64,000 nt of DNA. Origin: Stellaceae bacterium (lineage in GTDB: Bacteria > Pseudomonadota > Alphaproteobacteria > ATCC43930 > CGMCC-115725). The notes under the pieces are model-generated. The model saw only the letters and a list, made by a program, of their open reading frames with translations. It ran no database searches and was not told the origin of the DNA. The stretch lies in contig DATIXQ010000023.1 in NCBI GenBank assembly GCA_035518375.1, forward strand, positions 16,037-80,036. Direction: 5' to 3'. Positions 10,554-20,060 of this stretch are shown here, piece by piece. Positions within the stretch are counted from its first letter, which is position 1. Each line of letters begins with the position of its first letter. A program made the position numbers and the translations under genes.

Positions 10554-11393
10554 GTGGCCGAACCTTCTCTGCCGCCGCTGCGCGAGGTGATGCGCCGCCA
10601 CGGGATCGAGCCCAGGAAATCGCTCGGGCAGAATTTCCTGCTCGATCTCAACCTTACCCGCCGCATCGCGCGCGCCGCGGCGCCACTTGACCGGGCCGAT
10701 GTGATCGAGATCGGCCCCGGCCCTGGCGGGCTCACGCGGGCACTTCTTGCCGAAGGCGCGCGGCGCGTCGTCGCGGTCGAGCGCGACCGGCGCTGCATTG
10801 CGGCGCTTGCCGAGCTTGTCTCTGCCTATCCGGGGCGGCTTGCACTCGTCGAAGGCGATGCGCTTGCGATCGACCTCTCTGCGCTCGCCGAAGCGCCGCG
10901 CAAGATTGTGGCGAATCTTCCCTATAACATCGCGACGCCGCTTCTCATCGGTTGGCTGCGGCAGATCGAGCGGTACGAGAGCCTGACGCTGATGTTCCAG
11001 AAGGAGGTGGCGCTCCGGCTCGCGGCGCGGCCGCGTTCGCACGCTTACGGGCGGCTTTCGGTGGTGACGCAGTTTCTATGCGCAGTCGAAATCGTGTTCG
11101 ACGTGGCGCCGACGGCGTTCGTGCCGCCGCCCGCCGTCACCTCGAGCGTCGTTCGGCTCACGCCGCTGCCGACCCCGCGCGGGACATGCGGCATCGAGGC
11201 ACTCGAGCGCGTTACCGCCGCCGCGTTCGGCCAGCGCCGCAAGATGCTCCGCCAGAGCCTGCGCTCGCTCGGCGCCGATCCGGCGCCTCTCCTTGCGGCT
11301 GCCGCGATTGCGCCGACGGCGCGTGCGGAGGAGCTTTCGGTCGAGGAATTCGCGGCGCTTGCGGTGGCTATGCGCCCGAGCGCAGGCGGTTGA
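10554..11393 (+). CDS. rsmA: 16S rRNA (adenine1518/1519-N6)-dimethyltransferase
   Basis: GTG start at 10554. [10 protein letters not shown] motif and SAM-binding [12 protein letters not shown]. Conserved position after pdxA. Confidence 0.92.
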   Translation: MAEPSLPPLREVMRRHGIEPRKSLGQNFLLDLNLTRRIARAAAPLDRADVIEIGPGPGGLTRALLAEGARRVVAVERDRRCIAALAELVSAYPGRLALVEGDALAIDLSALAEAPRKIVANLPYNIATPLLIGWLRQIERYESLTLMFQKEVALRLAARPRSHAYGRLSVVTQFLCAVEIVFDVAPTAFVPPPAVTSSVVRLTPLPTPRGTCGIEALERVTAAAFGQRRKMLRQSLRSLGADPAPLLAAAAIAPTARAEELSVEEFAALAVAMRPSAGG

Positions 11394-12000
11394 CGAACTC
11401 CGCGAGCCCGACCTGACGCTCGCGCCGCGCGCGCTCGGCGATCAGGATCGAGCGCACTTGGCGCACGCTCTCGTCGAGATCACGGTTCAAGATGACGTAG
11501 TCGTATTCGGGCCAGTGGCTCATCTCGTCGGCTGATTTTGCCATGCGGCTTGCCACGACGGCGTCGCTATCCTGCGCGCGCCGGCGCAGACGCTCTTCGA
11601 GCGCGCTTAGACTCGGCGGCAGGATGAAGACCGCGACAAGGTCCTGTCGTACCTTCTCGGCGAGCTGTTGCGTTCCCTGCCAGTCAACGTCGGAGATGAT
11701 GTCGGTGCCGGCTCCAAGAGCCTCCATCACGGGCGCGCGCGGCGTGCCATAGGAATGGCCGAAGACGCTTGCGTGCTCGAGGAGCTCGCCAGCCGCCACC
11801 ATCTCGGCGAAACGCACATCAGAGATGAAGCGGTAGTGGCGTCCGTCGACCTCGCCTTCGCGCGGCGGCCGTGTTGTGACCGAGATCGAGATCCTGACCG
11901 AAGGTTCGGCGGTCGCGAGCGCGCGCGTGATCGTGGTCTTGCCCGCGCCAGAGGGCGAGCTCAGGACCAACAATATGCCGCGCCGCCGGATCTCGCTCAT
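11368..12000 (-). CDS. gmk: guanylate kinase
   Basis: ORF 11368..12132 trimmed to ATG at 12000 ([23 protein letters not shown]...). P-loop plus [12 protein letters not shown] motif. Its 3' end overlaps the rsmA 3' end by 26 nt, convergently. Confidence 0.93.
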   Translation of the reverse strand: MSEIRRRGILLVLSSPSGAGKTTITRALATAEPSVRISISVTTRPPREGEVDGRHYRFISDVRFAEMVAAGELLEHASVFGHSYGTPRAPVMEALGAGTDIISDVDWQGTQQLAEKVRQDLVAVFILPPSLSALEERLRRRAQDSDAVVASRMAKSADEMSHWPEYDYVILNRDLDESVRQVRSILIAERARRERQVGLAEFVNRLRSGA

Positions 12001-12002
12001 AT

Positions 12003-12890
12003 CTACTCGATGTTCTGCACCTGCTCGCGCAGCTGCTCGATCGCGGCCTTGAGCGCGAGGCCGATGCGCGTCAGGGCGAGGTCGCTCGATTTCGAGCACA
12101 GCGTGTTGGCCTCGCGATTGAACTCCTGGCACAGGAAATCGAAGCGCCGTCCGATCGCGCCGCCTTCGGCCAGGAGGCCGCGTGCGGCGGCGACGTGTGC
12201 GTTGAGCCGGTCGATCTCTTCGCGCACGTCGGCCTTGGCGGCGAGCAACGCCGCCTCCTGTGCGAGCCGGTCCTCGTTGAGCGCCGGCGCGGCTTCGAGG
12301 AGCTCGGCGACGAGCGACCTTAGGCGCTCGCGCAGAGCCGCCGGCTGCGCCGCGGCGCTGGCTGCCGCCTCGCCGACCAGTTCGGCGATATGCGCGAGAT
12401 GCCCGACGAGCACGGCTTCGAGCCGCGCGCCTTCCTCGACCCGTGCCGCGGCGAGGCGCGCGAGCCCGTCGTCCCAGCTCTTGAGCAGTGCTGCGTCGCG
12501 CCGCTCGCGCGCCTCCTCGTCCTGCGGCTCCTCGCCGGTTTCGATCACGCCGCGGAGCGCAAGAAGCCCGTCGAGCCGCGGTGGCGCCGCTTCGAGATCA
12601 GGCGCAAGCTCCTTCGCCGCGGCAAGGATCGTCGCGAGTGCGGCGCGGTTGATCTTGAGTCCCGCGGCGCCCGCTTCGTTCGTCACCGTGAGCGAGGCCG
12701 AGATCGAGCCGCGCTTCACGTGTTTCGCGAGTGCCGCGCGCAGCGCGGGCTCGAGCCCATCGAAGCCGGGCGGCAGGCGGAAGCGCAGGTCGAGTGCGCG
12801 GCTGTTGACGCTTTTGACTTCCCAGGTCCAGGACAAGCCGTCCGCGCGACCTTCGGCGCGCGCGAATCCGGTCATGCTGGAAATAGCCAT
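12003..12890 (-). CDS. YicC-family stress-induced protein
   Basis: MAISSMTGFARAEG...WEVKSVNSRALDLRFRLP at the N-terminus and CQEFNREANTLCSKS near the C-terminus are YicC/DUF1732 hallmarks. Immediately upstream of gmk. Confidence 0.88.
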   Translation of the reverse strand: MAISSMTGFARAEGRADGLSWTWEVKSVNSRALDLRFRLPPGFDGLEPALRAALAKHVKRGSISASLTVTNEAGAAGLKINRAALATILAAAKELAPDLEAAPPRLDGLLALRGVIETGEEPQDEEARERRDAALLKSWDDGLARLAAARVEEGARLEAVLVGHLAHIAELVGEAAASAAAQPAALRERLRSLVAELLEAAPALNEDRLAQEAALLAAKADVREEIDRLNAHVAAARGLLAEGGAIGRRFDFLCQEFNREANTLCSKSSDLALTRIGLALKAAIEQLREQVQNIE

Positions 12891-12921
12891 GACCCCTTAT
12901 ACCCTCGCCGCGCGACGCCCG

Positions 12922-13905
12922 CTATTCGGCGCCCGATTCGCCGTGCTGAAGCCGGCGCAATTCGGCGACGTGATGGTTCTGCTCGTCGAGCGTCTTGGCG
13001 AAGACGTGGTGGCCGGCTCCATCGGCGACGAAGTAAAGGTCGCCGCTCTCCTCGGGGGCGAGGGCCGCCTCGATCGAGGCGAGGCCCGGATTGTCTATGG
13101 GCGTCGGCGGCAACCCCTTCTCAAGATAGGTGTTGTAGGGCGACTCGGTCTCAAGGTCGTCGTGACCGAGCGGATGGGGAAGCGGCGTGCGCCCGCCATC
13201 GGTCAATGCATAGATCACGGTTGGATCGGCCTGAAGACGCATGCCAAGTCGCAGGCGCTGGATAAAGACCCCGGCGATGCGCGCGCGCTCGGCGGGGACC
13301 GCGGTTTCCTTCTCGATGATCGAGGCGATGACGAGCGCGTCGCGTGGACTCGCATAGGGCAGATCGGCGGCACGGCGCTGCCACGCTTCGGCGAGCGCGC
13401 GGTCGCGCGCGTGCTCCATGCGTGCGATAAGCTCCCAGCGCTTGGTGCCGAGTACGTAGAAATAGGTGTCGGGCAGAAGGCTTCCTTCGGGCGGCGTCGT
13501 CTCGAGCGCACCATCGAGCGCCGGCGCCGCGTCGATGAGCGCGACAGCCTCGGCGCTGGTGAGGCCTTCTGCGAGCGTCAGGCGATGCTGCACGACGCGG
13601 CCGGACGCGATGAGGGCGGCGGCTGCGCGTGGGCTCGTCGCGGCGGCGAACTCGTACTCGCCGGCCTTCAGGTTGCGGGCCGCGCCGGTGACGTAGGAGC
13701 CCGCCGCGAACACCCACGGATGCGCGACGACGCCCGCCGCGGCAAGCTCTTCGGCGATGGCGGCGAGGCGCGCGCTCTTCGGGATGACGACGGTTGCCGG
13801 CGCGGCGAGCGGGCCTGGCGCGTCGTAGGAGTGCCACATCCAGGTGGCCACGCCCGCGCAAAGTGCGACGAGCGCCACGATAAAGCCGGCGCCGAGGCGC
13901 CGCAT
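12922..13905 (-). CDS. mltG: endolytic murein transglycosylase MltG (YceG-like)
   Basis: N-terminal membrane anchor, LTLAEGLTS and ASIIEKET motifs, QADPTVIYAL. Follows fabF, as in many bacteria. Confidence 0.88.
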   Translation of the reverse strand: MRRLGAGFIVALVALCAGVATWMWHSYDAPGPLAAPATVVIPKSARLAAIAEELAAAGVVAHPWVFAAGSYVTGAARNLKAGEYEFAAATSPRAAAALIASGRVVQHRLTLAEGLTSAEAVALIDAAPALDGALETTPPEGSLLPDTYFYVLGTKRWELIARMEHARDRALAEAWQRRAADLPYASPRDALVIASIIEKETAVPAERARIAGVFIQRLRLGMRLQADPTVIYALTDGGRTPLPHPLGHDDLETESPYNTYLEKGLPPTPIDNPGLASIEAALAPEESGDLYFVADGAGHHVFAKTLDEQNHHVAELRRLQHGESGAE

Positions 13906-15168
13906 CTAGGGCGCGGGCCCGAAGATGAGCGAGGCGTTGGTGCCGCCGAAGCCGAACGAGTTCGAAAGTGCGTAGCGGACGCGGCGCTTCTTCGCCTCGA
14001 GAGGCACGAGATCGATGTCGCAGCCCTCGGACGGATCCTCGAGGTTGATGGTGGGCGGCACGATGCCGTCGCGGATCGCGAGGATCGAGAAGATCGCCTC
14101 GACGCTGCCGGCGGCGCCGAGGAGATGGCCGATCGAGGATTTGCTCGACGACATCGACAATGAATAGGCGTGCTCGCCGAAGACACGTTTGACCGCGTTC
14201 AGTTCGATCTCGTCGCCCAGCGGGGTCGAGGTGCCATGTGCATTGACGTAATCGATGCTTTGCGGCGGCAAGCCGCTGCGCTTCAGCGCATTCTGCATCG
14301 AGCGGAAGGCACCGTCGCCGTCCTCGGCGGGTGCGACCACGTGAAACGCGTCGCCGGACATGCCGTAGCCGACGAGCTCGGCATAGATCTTGGCGCCGCG
14401 CGCCTTTGCGTGCTCGAGCTCCTCGAGCACGAGGATGCCCGATCCTTCGCCCATGACGAAGCCGTCGCGCGCCTTGTCCCACGGCCGCGAGGCGCGCTGC
14501 GGCGTGTCGTTGAAACCGGTGGAGAGCGCGCGCGCCGCGGCGAACCCGGCGATACCGATGCGGCAGACCGCAGCCTCGGCGCCGCCGCACACCATCACGT
14601 CGGCGTCATCCCATCGGATGAGCCGCGCTGCGTCGCCGATCGCGTGCGCGCCGCTCGAGCAGGCGGTGACGACCGCATGGTTCGGCCCCTTGAAATGGAA
14701 GCGGATCGAAATCTGGCCGGAGGCGAGGTTGATGAGGTTCGACGGCACGAAGAACGGCGAAACGCGCCGCGGTCCTTTCTCTGCGAGATTCACCGAGGCG
14801 TCGGCCATGCCGGGAAGCCCGCCGATCCCCGACCCGATGAGCACGCCGGTGCGGTTGCGGCTTTCGGCGTCTTCGGGCATCCACCCCGAATCCTTCACCG
14901 CCTGTTCGGCCGCCGCGAGCGCGAACATGATGAAGGGGTCCATCTTTTTCTGTTCTTTGCGCGGGATCCATTCGTCGGCATTGAAGGTGCCGCTCGCGGC
15001 GTCGCCACGCGGAACCTGTCCGGCGATGCGGGCCGGCAGATCCGATACATCGAAGCCTTCGATCTCATCGATGCCGGAGCGACCTTCGATGAGGCGTTTC
15101 CAGCAATGTTCGAGCCCGACGCCCAGCGGCGTCACGAGCCCCATCCCGGTGACAACGACCCGCCTCAT
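13906..15168 (-). CDS. fabF: beta-ketoacyl-ACP synthase II
   Basis: 420 aa. MRRVVVTGMGLVTPLG, active-site context AVVTACSSGAHAIG, HGTSTPLGD, NSFGFGGTNASL. Confidence 0.96.
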   Translation of the reverse strand: MRRVVVTGMGLVTPLGVGLEHCWKRLIEGRSGIDEIEGFDVSDLPARIAGQVPRGDAASGTFNADEWIPRKEQKKMDPFIMFALAAAEQAVKDSGWMPEDAESRNRTGVLIGSGIGGLPGMADASVNLAEKGPRRVSPFFVPSNLINLASGQISIRFHFKGPNHAVVTACSSGAHAIGDAARLIRWDDADVMVCGGAEAAVCRIGIAGFAAARALSTGFNDTPQRASRPWDKARDGFVMGEGSGILVLEELEHAKARGAKIYAELVGYGMSGDAFHVVAPAEDGDGAFRSMQNALKRSGLPPQSIDYVNAHGTSTPLGDEIELNAVKRVFGEHAYSLSMSSSKSSIGHLLGAAGSVEAIFSILAIRDGIVPPTINLEDPSEGCDIDLVPLEAKKRRVRYALSNSFGFGGTNASLIFGPAP

Positions 15169-15181
15169 GCGCGGCAGCGGC

Positions 15182-15415
15182 TTATTTGTGCGCCTCGATG
15201 AAGTTCACCGCGTCCTTGACCGTGACGATCTTCTCGGCGGCGTCGTCCGGAATCTCGCAGCCGAACTCCTCCTCGAACGCCAGCACGAGCTCGACCGTGT
15301 CGAGGCTGTCGGCGCCCAGATCGTCGATGAAGCTGGCGTTGTCGGTGACCTTGGTCTCATCGACGCCGAGATGTTCGACGACGATCTTTTTTACCCGCTC
15401 GGCAACATCGCTCAT
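15182..15415 (-). CDS. acpP: acyl carrier protein
   Basis: ORF 15182..15556 trimmed to ATG at 15415. [23 protein letters not shown]...[12 protein letters not shown] carries the phosphopantetheine Ser motif. Confidence 0.97.
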   Translation of the reverse strand: MSDVAERVKKIVVEHLGVDETKVTDNASFIDDLGADSLDTVELVLAFEEEFGCEIPDDAAEKIVTVKDAVNFIEAHK

Positions 15416-15527
15416 ACGCACCTCGACAGATTGAAACGCGCTGGTTGCACAGAAACTTTGGAACCGCTTGAGGCCGCGCGGGGCACCCCCCTTTGTCGGG
15501 CGCAGGCGGCCATCACAAAGCGCGGCT

Positions 15528-15556
15528 CCATAACACGATTCCGACGTGATTGCCAA
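15528..15556 (-). promoter_or_regulatory. candidate sigma-70 promoter for acpP (TTGGCA-N17-TTATGG on the minus strand)
   Basis: Read in the 144-bp fabG-acpP spacer: minus strand gTTGGCAatcacgtcggaatcgtgTTATGG. Pattern match only. Confidence 0.25.
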
Positions 15557-15559
15557 CTC

Positions 15560-16297
15560 CTAGAACATGGCGAGGCCGCCATTGACATGGAGCGTCTGCC
15601 CGGTGATGTAGCGCGCCTCCTCGCTCGCAAGGAAAAGCGCGCAGCATCCGACCTCTTCGGGTGTGCCGACCCGGCCCATCGGGATGTTGGCGGCAAGGCG
15701 CTCGCGCTGCTCCGCCGAAAGCGCCTCAGTCATTGCGCTTGCAATGAAGCCTGGAGCGATGCAGTTCGCGGTGATCCCGCGCGAGGCCACCTCGGCGGCG
15801 ACGGCCTTCGTGAGGCCGACGAGTCCGGCCTTCGCCGCGGCGTAGTTGGCCTGGCCCGGATTGCCCGTGGCGCCCACGACCGAGCCGACCGAGATGATGC
15901 GTCCCCAGCGCCGGCGCACCATGCCTCGGAGCGCCGCGCGCGAGAGGCGGAATGCGGCGGAGAGATCGACCTCCAGAACTTTGAGCCAGTCCTCGTCCTT
16001 CATGCGCAGGATGAGCCCGTCGCGGGTCATACCGGCATTGTTGACGAGGACGTCGAGCTGGCCCATCGCATCCTCGGCGGCTTTGACGAGCGTCTCCGCC
16101 GTTGCCGGATCGGCGAGATCGCCGGTCGCGACATGGGTCCCATCGCCAAGTTCGGCCGAGAGCTGATCGAGCGCGGCGCGCCGCGTGCCGGCGAGTAGCA
16201 CCTTCGCGCCCGCGCCGTGCAGCGCCCGCGCGATAGCGCCGCCGATCGCGCCGGACGCGCCAGTGACGAGTGCCGTTCGCCCCACGAGCGAGAACAT
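15560..16297 (-). CDS. fabG: 3-oxoacyl-ACP reductase
   Basis: 245 aa SDR. ALVTGASGAIGGAIA, NNAGMTRD, YAAAKAGLVG. Lies inside the fabD-fabG-acpP-fabF cluster. Confidence 0.95.
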   Translation of the reverse strand: MFSLVGRTALVTGASGAIGGAIARALHGAGAKVLLAGTRRAALDQLSAELGDGTHVATGDLADPATAETLVKAAEDAMGQLDVLVNNAGMTRDGLILRMKDEDWLKVLEVDLSAAFRLSRAALRGMVRRRWGRIISVGSVVGATGNPGQANYAAAKAGLVGLTKAVAAEVASRGITANCIAPGFIASAMTEALSAEQRERLAANIPMGRVGTPEEVGCCALFLASEEARYITGQTLHVNGGLAMF

Positions 16298-16300
16298 GCC

Positions 16301-17242
16301 TCAAACCCGCTTCAAGAAAGCTTCGATGTCGGCGGGCGCCGTGAGCGGAACGGCGCCCAAAGCGCGGTCGATGCGCTTCACGAGCCCCGAAAGCACACGG
16401 CCCGCGCCGACCTCGACGACTTCCTCGACCTCGGCTGCGCGCATCGCGAGCACGCTTTCGCGCCAGCGCACGAGTTCCGTCACCTGGCGCACGAGGAGCA
16501 TGCGAATCTCATCGGGGTCCCGCACCGGGCTCGCGGTGACGTTGGCGACGAGCGGTACGACCGGCTCCTTGATCTCGACCTCGGCCAGCGCTTCCTCCAT
16601 CTCGTGCGCGGCGGGCGCCATCAGCGCGCAGTGGAAGGGCGCGCTCACAGGAAGAAGGATCGAGCGCCGCGCGCCGCGCTCGGCCGAAAGCGCGATCGCG
16701 CGCTCGACCGCGGCCTTATGGCCGCTCACCACCACCTGACCCGGCCCGTTGTCGTTGGCGCAGTCGCAGACTTCTCCCTGCGCCGCGGCCGCTGCAATTT
16801 TGCGCGCCTCCTCGAGTTCGAGCCCGAGTAGCGCCGCCATCGCGCCTTCGCCCACCGGCACCGCCCGTTGCATCGCAAGGCCGCGGCGCTTCAGGAGACG
16901 CGCCGCGTCCGGAAGCGCCAGCGCGTCGGCCGCGGCCAGGGCCGAATATTCGCCGAGCGAATGGCCGGCGACGAAGCGCGCGCCCCCTTTCACGCCAAAG
17001 CCGCCGTCCTTGGTAAGCACGCGCATTACGGCGAGGCTCACCGCCATCAGCGCCGGCTGCGCGTTCGCGGTCAGCATCAGCTCGTTTTCCGGCCCCTCGA
17101 ACATGAGGCGCGACAAATGCTGCTTCAGCGCTTCGTCGACTTCGGCGAATGTGTCGCGCGCGGACGGAAAGGCGGCCGCAAGCTCGCGCCCCATCCCGAC
17201 CTCTTGCGAGCCCTGGCCGGGAAATACCAGGGCCCTGATCAC
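16301..17242 (-). CDS. fabD: malonyl CoA-ACP transacylase
   Basis: ORF 16301..17344 trimmed to GTG at 17242 (VIRALVFPGQGSQEVGMG...). Active-site GHSLGEYSAL. The start choice is an inference from the usual distance to the FPGQGSQ motif. Confidence 0.92.
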   Translation of the reverse strand: MIRALVFPGQGSQEVGMGRELAAAFPSARDTFAEVDEALKQHLSRLMFEGPENELMLTANAQPALMAVSLAVMRVLTKDGGFGVKGGARFVAGHSLGEYSALAAADALALPDAARLLKRRGLAMQRAVPVGEGAMAALLGLELEEARKIAAAAAQGEVCDCANDNGPGQVVVSGHKAAVERAIALSAERGARRSILLPVSAPFHCALMAPAAHEMEEALAEVEIKEPVVPLVANVTASPVRDPDEIRMLLVRQVTELVRWRESVLAMRAAEVEEVVEVGAGRVLSGLVKRIDRALGAVPLTAPADIEAFLKRV

Positions 17243-17252
17243 GGTAAATCCC

Positions 17253-17582
17253 TCAGAACGGGACCACTCCGGCGAGCGGGATACCGAGCACGCTGAAGCC
17301 ATAGGGCTGGCAGCGCACCGTGCGGTCGACCAGCCGTCCGTCATTCTCGGCTGGCTCCCTTGTCTCGGAGAGGGTGACGGCGCCGCGCGTGCAAATCTGA
17401 CTCATTTTCCAGTCGAGCTTCTGGTCGACTGCTGGGGCGGGCGCGCCATCGCCCGCCGCACCGGCTGGATCATGCGCGGAAAAGCCCAGCTGTTCACGGT
17501 TCGGGTCGCCCTGCACCTGACCGGTGAATGTGCCGCATGAGGTCAGCGCCAGCGCGCTCGCGAGCCAAACCCATCGTGTCAT
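17253..17582 (-). CDS. small putative lipoprotein, unknown function (109 aa)
   Basis: ORF 17253..17762 trimmed to ATG at 17582. MTRWVWLASALALTSCGTF has a signal peptide with a lipobox-like LTSC. No recognisable family. Confidence 0.5.
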   Translation of the reverse strand: MTRWVWLASALALTSCGTFTGQVQGDPNREQLGFSAHDPAGAAGDGAPAPAVDQKLDWKMSQICTRGAVTLSETREPAENDGRLVDRTVRCQPYGFSVLGIPLAGVVPF

Positions 17583-17799
17583 CGCGACAGCCCCTCCAAT
17601 CCGGCTCCGATACCCCGGCGCGCGCACCCTGTCCAGAGATGGTCCGGCAGGGGGGCCGGGGCTGCGGGAATGCGCATCACCCGTCAATAGGTTGCGTGGT
17701 TCACGCGAGGGTGGCGGGCGGGACCGTGAGGACGGGCGGGCAATTTTACCGAACGAACCCAATTTTCGGGCGGCGCGAGACAGCGGAGGGGCGGCAGCG

Positions 17800-17828
17800 C
17801 TTGTGCCGCGCTCCCGCCGGCGCTAGAA
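17800..17828 (+). promoter_or_regulatory. candidate sigma-70 promoter of the rpsF-rpsR-rplI operon (CTTGTG-N17-CTAGAA)
   Basis: Pattern read about 90 nt upstream of the rpsF ATG. Resembles the alphaproteobacterial CTTGAC-N17-CTATAT consensus. No experimental support. Confidence 0.3.
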
Positions 17829-17861
17829 AGCGCGCCGTCTCCTTGCCGGATCATCCGGCTA

Positions 17862-17891
17862 GGCCCGGGCGGCTCCGCGGAGCGCCGGGCC
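17862..17891 (+). promoter_or_regulatory. strong GC hairpin in the rpsF 5' leader (possible S6:S18 autoregulatory element)
   Basis: ggcccgggcggctcc-gc-ggagcgccgggcc folds into a bulged stem of about 13 bp. It is preceded by a small ccggatcatccgg hairpin and followed 13 nt later by the SD GAAGGAG. Confidence 0.35.
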
Positions 17892-17915
17892 GCGAAACAG
17901 CCAGAAGGAGCAGCG

Positions 17916-18314
17916 ATGCCGCTTTACGAAACCATCTTTATTGCACGCCAAGACATCTCCTCGGCCCAGGTCGACGCCTTGGCCGACCAGTTCACCGCCA
18001 TCCTCGGCGAGCAGGGTGGGCAGGTGACGAAGCGCGAATATTGGGGCCTTCGGAACCTCGCCTACCGGATCAAGAAGAACCGCAAGGGTCATTATATCCT
18101 GTTCAACGTCGACGCGCCGCCCGCCGCCGTGAGCGAGCTCGAGCGCAACATGCGCCTCAACGAGGATGTGCTGCGATATCTCTCGATCAGGGTCGAGGAA
18201 CACGAGGCCGGGCCCTCAGCGGTGATGCAAGCCCGCAACCGTGGCGATGACCGCCGCCGCGATTCCTATCGCGATCGTGACGAGGCGCTCGCCGTGCCGG
18301 GAGCTGAAGAATGA
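17916..18314 (+). CDS. rpsF: 30S ribosomal protein S6
   Basis: [22 protein letters not shown]...[24 protein letters not shown], followed by an acidic/basic C-terminal tail. Confidence 0.97.
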   Translation: MPLYETIFIARQDISSAQVDALADQFTAILGEQGGQVTKREYWGLRNLAYRIKKNRKGHYILFNVDAPPAAVSELERNMRLNEDVLRYLSIRVEEHEAGPSAVMQARNRGDDRRRDSYRDRDEALAVPGAEE

Positions 18315-18616
18315 GCGACATTGGACCTTCCGAACGCGGCGATCGCGCGGAGCGCGGCGAGCGGGGCGACCGCGGCCCGCGCGGCGGCGGCGGCCGGCGC
18401 CCGTTCTTTCGCCGGCGCAAGTCCTGCCCCTTCTCGGGCCCGAATGCGCCCAAGATCGACTACAAGGACGTGAAGCTCCTGCAGCGCTTCCTGAGCGAGC
18501 GCGGCAAGATCGTGCCGAGCCGCATCACCGCCGTCTCCACCAAACGTCAGCGCGAGCTGGCGCAGGCGATCAAGCGCGCGCGTTATCTCGGTCTGCTGCC
18601 GTTCAGCCTGCGCTAG
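18311..18616 (+). CDS. rpsR: 30S ribosomal protein S18
   Basis: ATGA overlap with the rpsF stop. [12 protein letters not shown]...[25 protein letters not shown]...[21 protein letters not shown]. Confidence 0.97.
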   Translation: MSDIGPSERGDRAERGERGDRGPRGGGGRRPFFRRRKSCPFSGPNAPKIDYKDVKLLQRFLSERGKIVPSRITAVSTKRQRELAQAIKRARYLGLLPFSLR

Positions 18617-18625
18617 GAGAGGCTC

Positions 18626-19204
18626 ATGCCGGTCGAAGTTATCCTCCTCGAACGCGTCGAGAAGCTGGGCCAGATGGGCCAGGTCGTGAAGGTACGGCCG
18701 GGTTTTGCGCGCAATTTCCTGCTGCCGCAGAAGAAGGCGCTGCGCGCGACCAAGGAAAATCTCGCCATCTTCGAGACGCAGCGCGCGCAACTCGAGGCGC
18801 AAAACCTGCACCGCAAAGGCGAGGCCGAGCAGGTGGCGAAGAAGCTCGACGGCGTGTCCGTCGTCGTCATCCGCCAGGCCGGCGAGAGCGGCCAACTCTA
18901 TGGCTCGGTCACGGCGCGCGACATTGCCGACGCGGTGACCGGCGCGGGCTTCACGGTGGGCCGCAGCCAAGTCGTGCTCGACAAGGCAATCAAGACCTTG
19001 GGCCTCCATAAGCAGCGCGTCGTGCTCCATCCCGAAGTGTCGGTGCACGTCACTGTCAACGTCGCGCAATCGGCCGAGGAGGCCGAGATGCAAGCGAAGG
19101 GTCTCGATCCGCTGCGGCTTGCGGCGGAAGCGGCGGAGCGCGAGGCGGAGGCGGCGCAGGGCGGCGGCCCGGCGGGGGCAGGGAGCGCGCCCGCGGGCGG
19201 CTGA
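18626..19204 (+). CDS. rplI: 50S ribosomal protein L9
   Basis: [42 protein letters not shown]..., with an Ala/Glu-rich C-terminal extension. Confidence 0.96.
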   Translation: MPVEVILLERVEKLGQMGQVVKVRPGFARNFLLPQKKALRATKENLAIFETQRAQLEAQNLHRKGEAEQVAKKLDGVSVVVIRQAGESGQLYGSVTARDIADAVTGAGFTVGRSQVVLDKAIKTLGLHKQRVVLHPEVSVHVTVNVAQSAEEAEMQAKGLDPLRLAAEAAEREAEAAQGGGPAGAGSAPAGG

Positions 19205-20031
19205 TGCGGCAGGTTCACCTGCCCGGCGGTGAAGCCGTCCCGGCGTTGGGTCTCGGCACGTGGCGAATGGGCGAAGCGCGCGGCAGCGAAGCGGCCGAGG
19301 TGAAGGCCATCGCGCGCGGCGTCGAACTCGGCATGAATCTCATCGACACGGCCGAGATGTACGGCGGCGGGGAGGCCGAGCGGCGCATCGCCAAGGCGAT
19401 TGCGGGCAAGCGCGACAAACTCTTCATCGTGAGCAAAGTGCTGCCCGAGAACGCGACGCGTGCCGGCACGGTCGCGGCCTGCGAGCGGAGCCTGAAGCGG
19501 CTCGGGACCGACCGGATCGACCTCTATCTCCTCCACTGGCCCGGTTCCGTGCCGCTTGCCGAGACGCTCGCCGGGTTCGAGACGCTGCTGCGCGCGCAGA
19601 AGATCCGCTACTGGGGCGTCAGCAATTTCGACATGCGCGACCTTGATGATCTTGCGGCTGCAGGCGGGACAGGCTGCGCCGCAAACCAGGTGCTCTACAA
19701 TTTGTCGCGGCGCGGCATCGAATGGGACGTTGTGCCACGCTGCCGCGCCGCGGACATGATGGTGATGGCCTATTCGCCCTTGGAGCAGGGGCGAATGCTC
19801 GGCAACTCGGCGCTTAAGAAGGTTGCATCGGCGCGGGGCCTTTCGGCCGCACAGGTGGCGCTTGCTTGGGCGCTCGCGCAGGGCGCCTCCGTCATCCCCA
19901 AGGCGACCGATCTCGCTCATGTCGAGGAAAATGCCAAGGCTGCCGACCTCGCGTTGTCGCCCGAGGAAATGGCAACGCTCGACCGCGCCTTCCCACCGCC
20001 GAAATCCGCGCGCCCGCTCGACATGCTTTAG
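19204..20031 (+). CDS. aldo/keto reductase family oxidoreductase
   Basis: LGLGTWRMGE, IDTAEMYGGGEAE, LKRLGTDRIDLYLLHWP, NQVLYNL. The ATG overlaps the rplI stop (TGATG). Confidence 0.88.
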   Translation: MRQVHLPGGEAVPALGLGTWRMGEARGSEAAEVKAIARGVELGMNLIDTAEMYGGGEAERRIAKAIAGKRDKLFIVSKVLPENATRAGTVAACERSLKRLGTDRIDLYLLHWPGSVPLAETLAGFETLLRAQKIRYWGVSNFDMRDLDDLAAAGGTGCAANQVLYNLSRRGIEWDVVPRCRAADMMVMAYSPLEQGRMLGNSALKKVASARGLSAAQVALAWALAQGASVIPKATDLAHVEENAKAADLALSPEEMATLDRAFPPPKSARPLDML

Positions 20032-20060
20032 CGGTAGACTGGCCGCCGGGGAGGAAGAAC

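Noticed and set aside
11368-11393. 26-nt convergent 3' overlap of rsmA and gmk, and the similar 25-nt overlap of the OYE and GT4 genes at 31673..31697
   Set aside because: I considered this a possible antisense-regulation feature. Short convergent overlaps without terminators are common in compact GC-rich genomes, and nothing else distinguishes these sites.
11668-14163. 831-aa + strand ORF, the longest in the track
   Set aside because: It lies antisense to gmk, yicC-family, mltG and fabF, all of which have unambiguous family motifs. Its translation is low-complexity (Arg/Ala/Ser/Gly-rich) with no SD. It is a typical shadow ORF of high-GC DNA.
14390-16198. 602-aa + strand ORF, and the similar 13151..14590 minus-strand 479-aa ORF
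   Set aside because: They are antisense or out of frame to fabF, acpP, fabG and mltG, with Ser/Ala/Arg/Pro-rich translations and no motifs.
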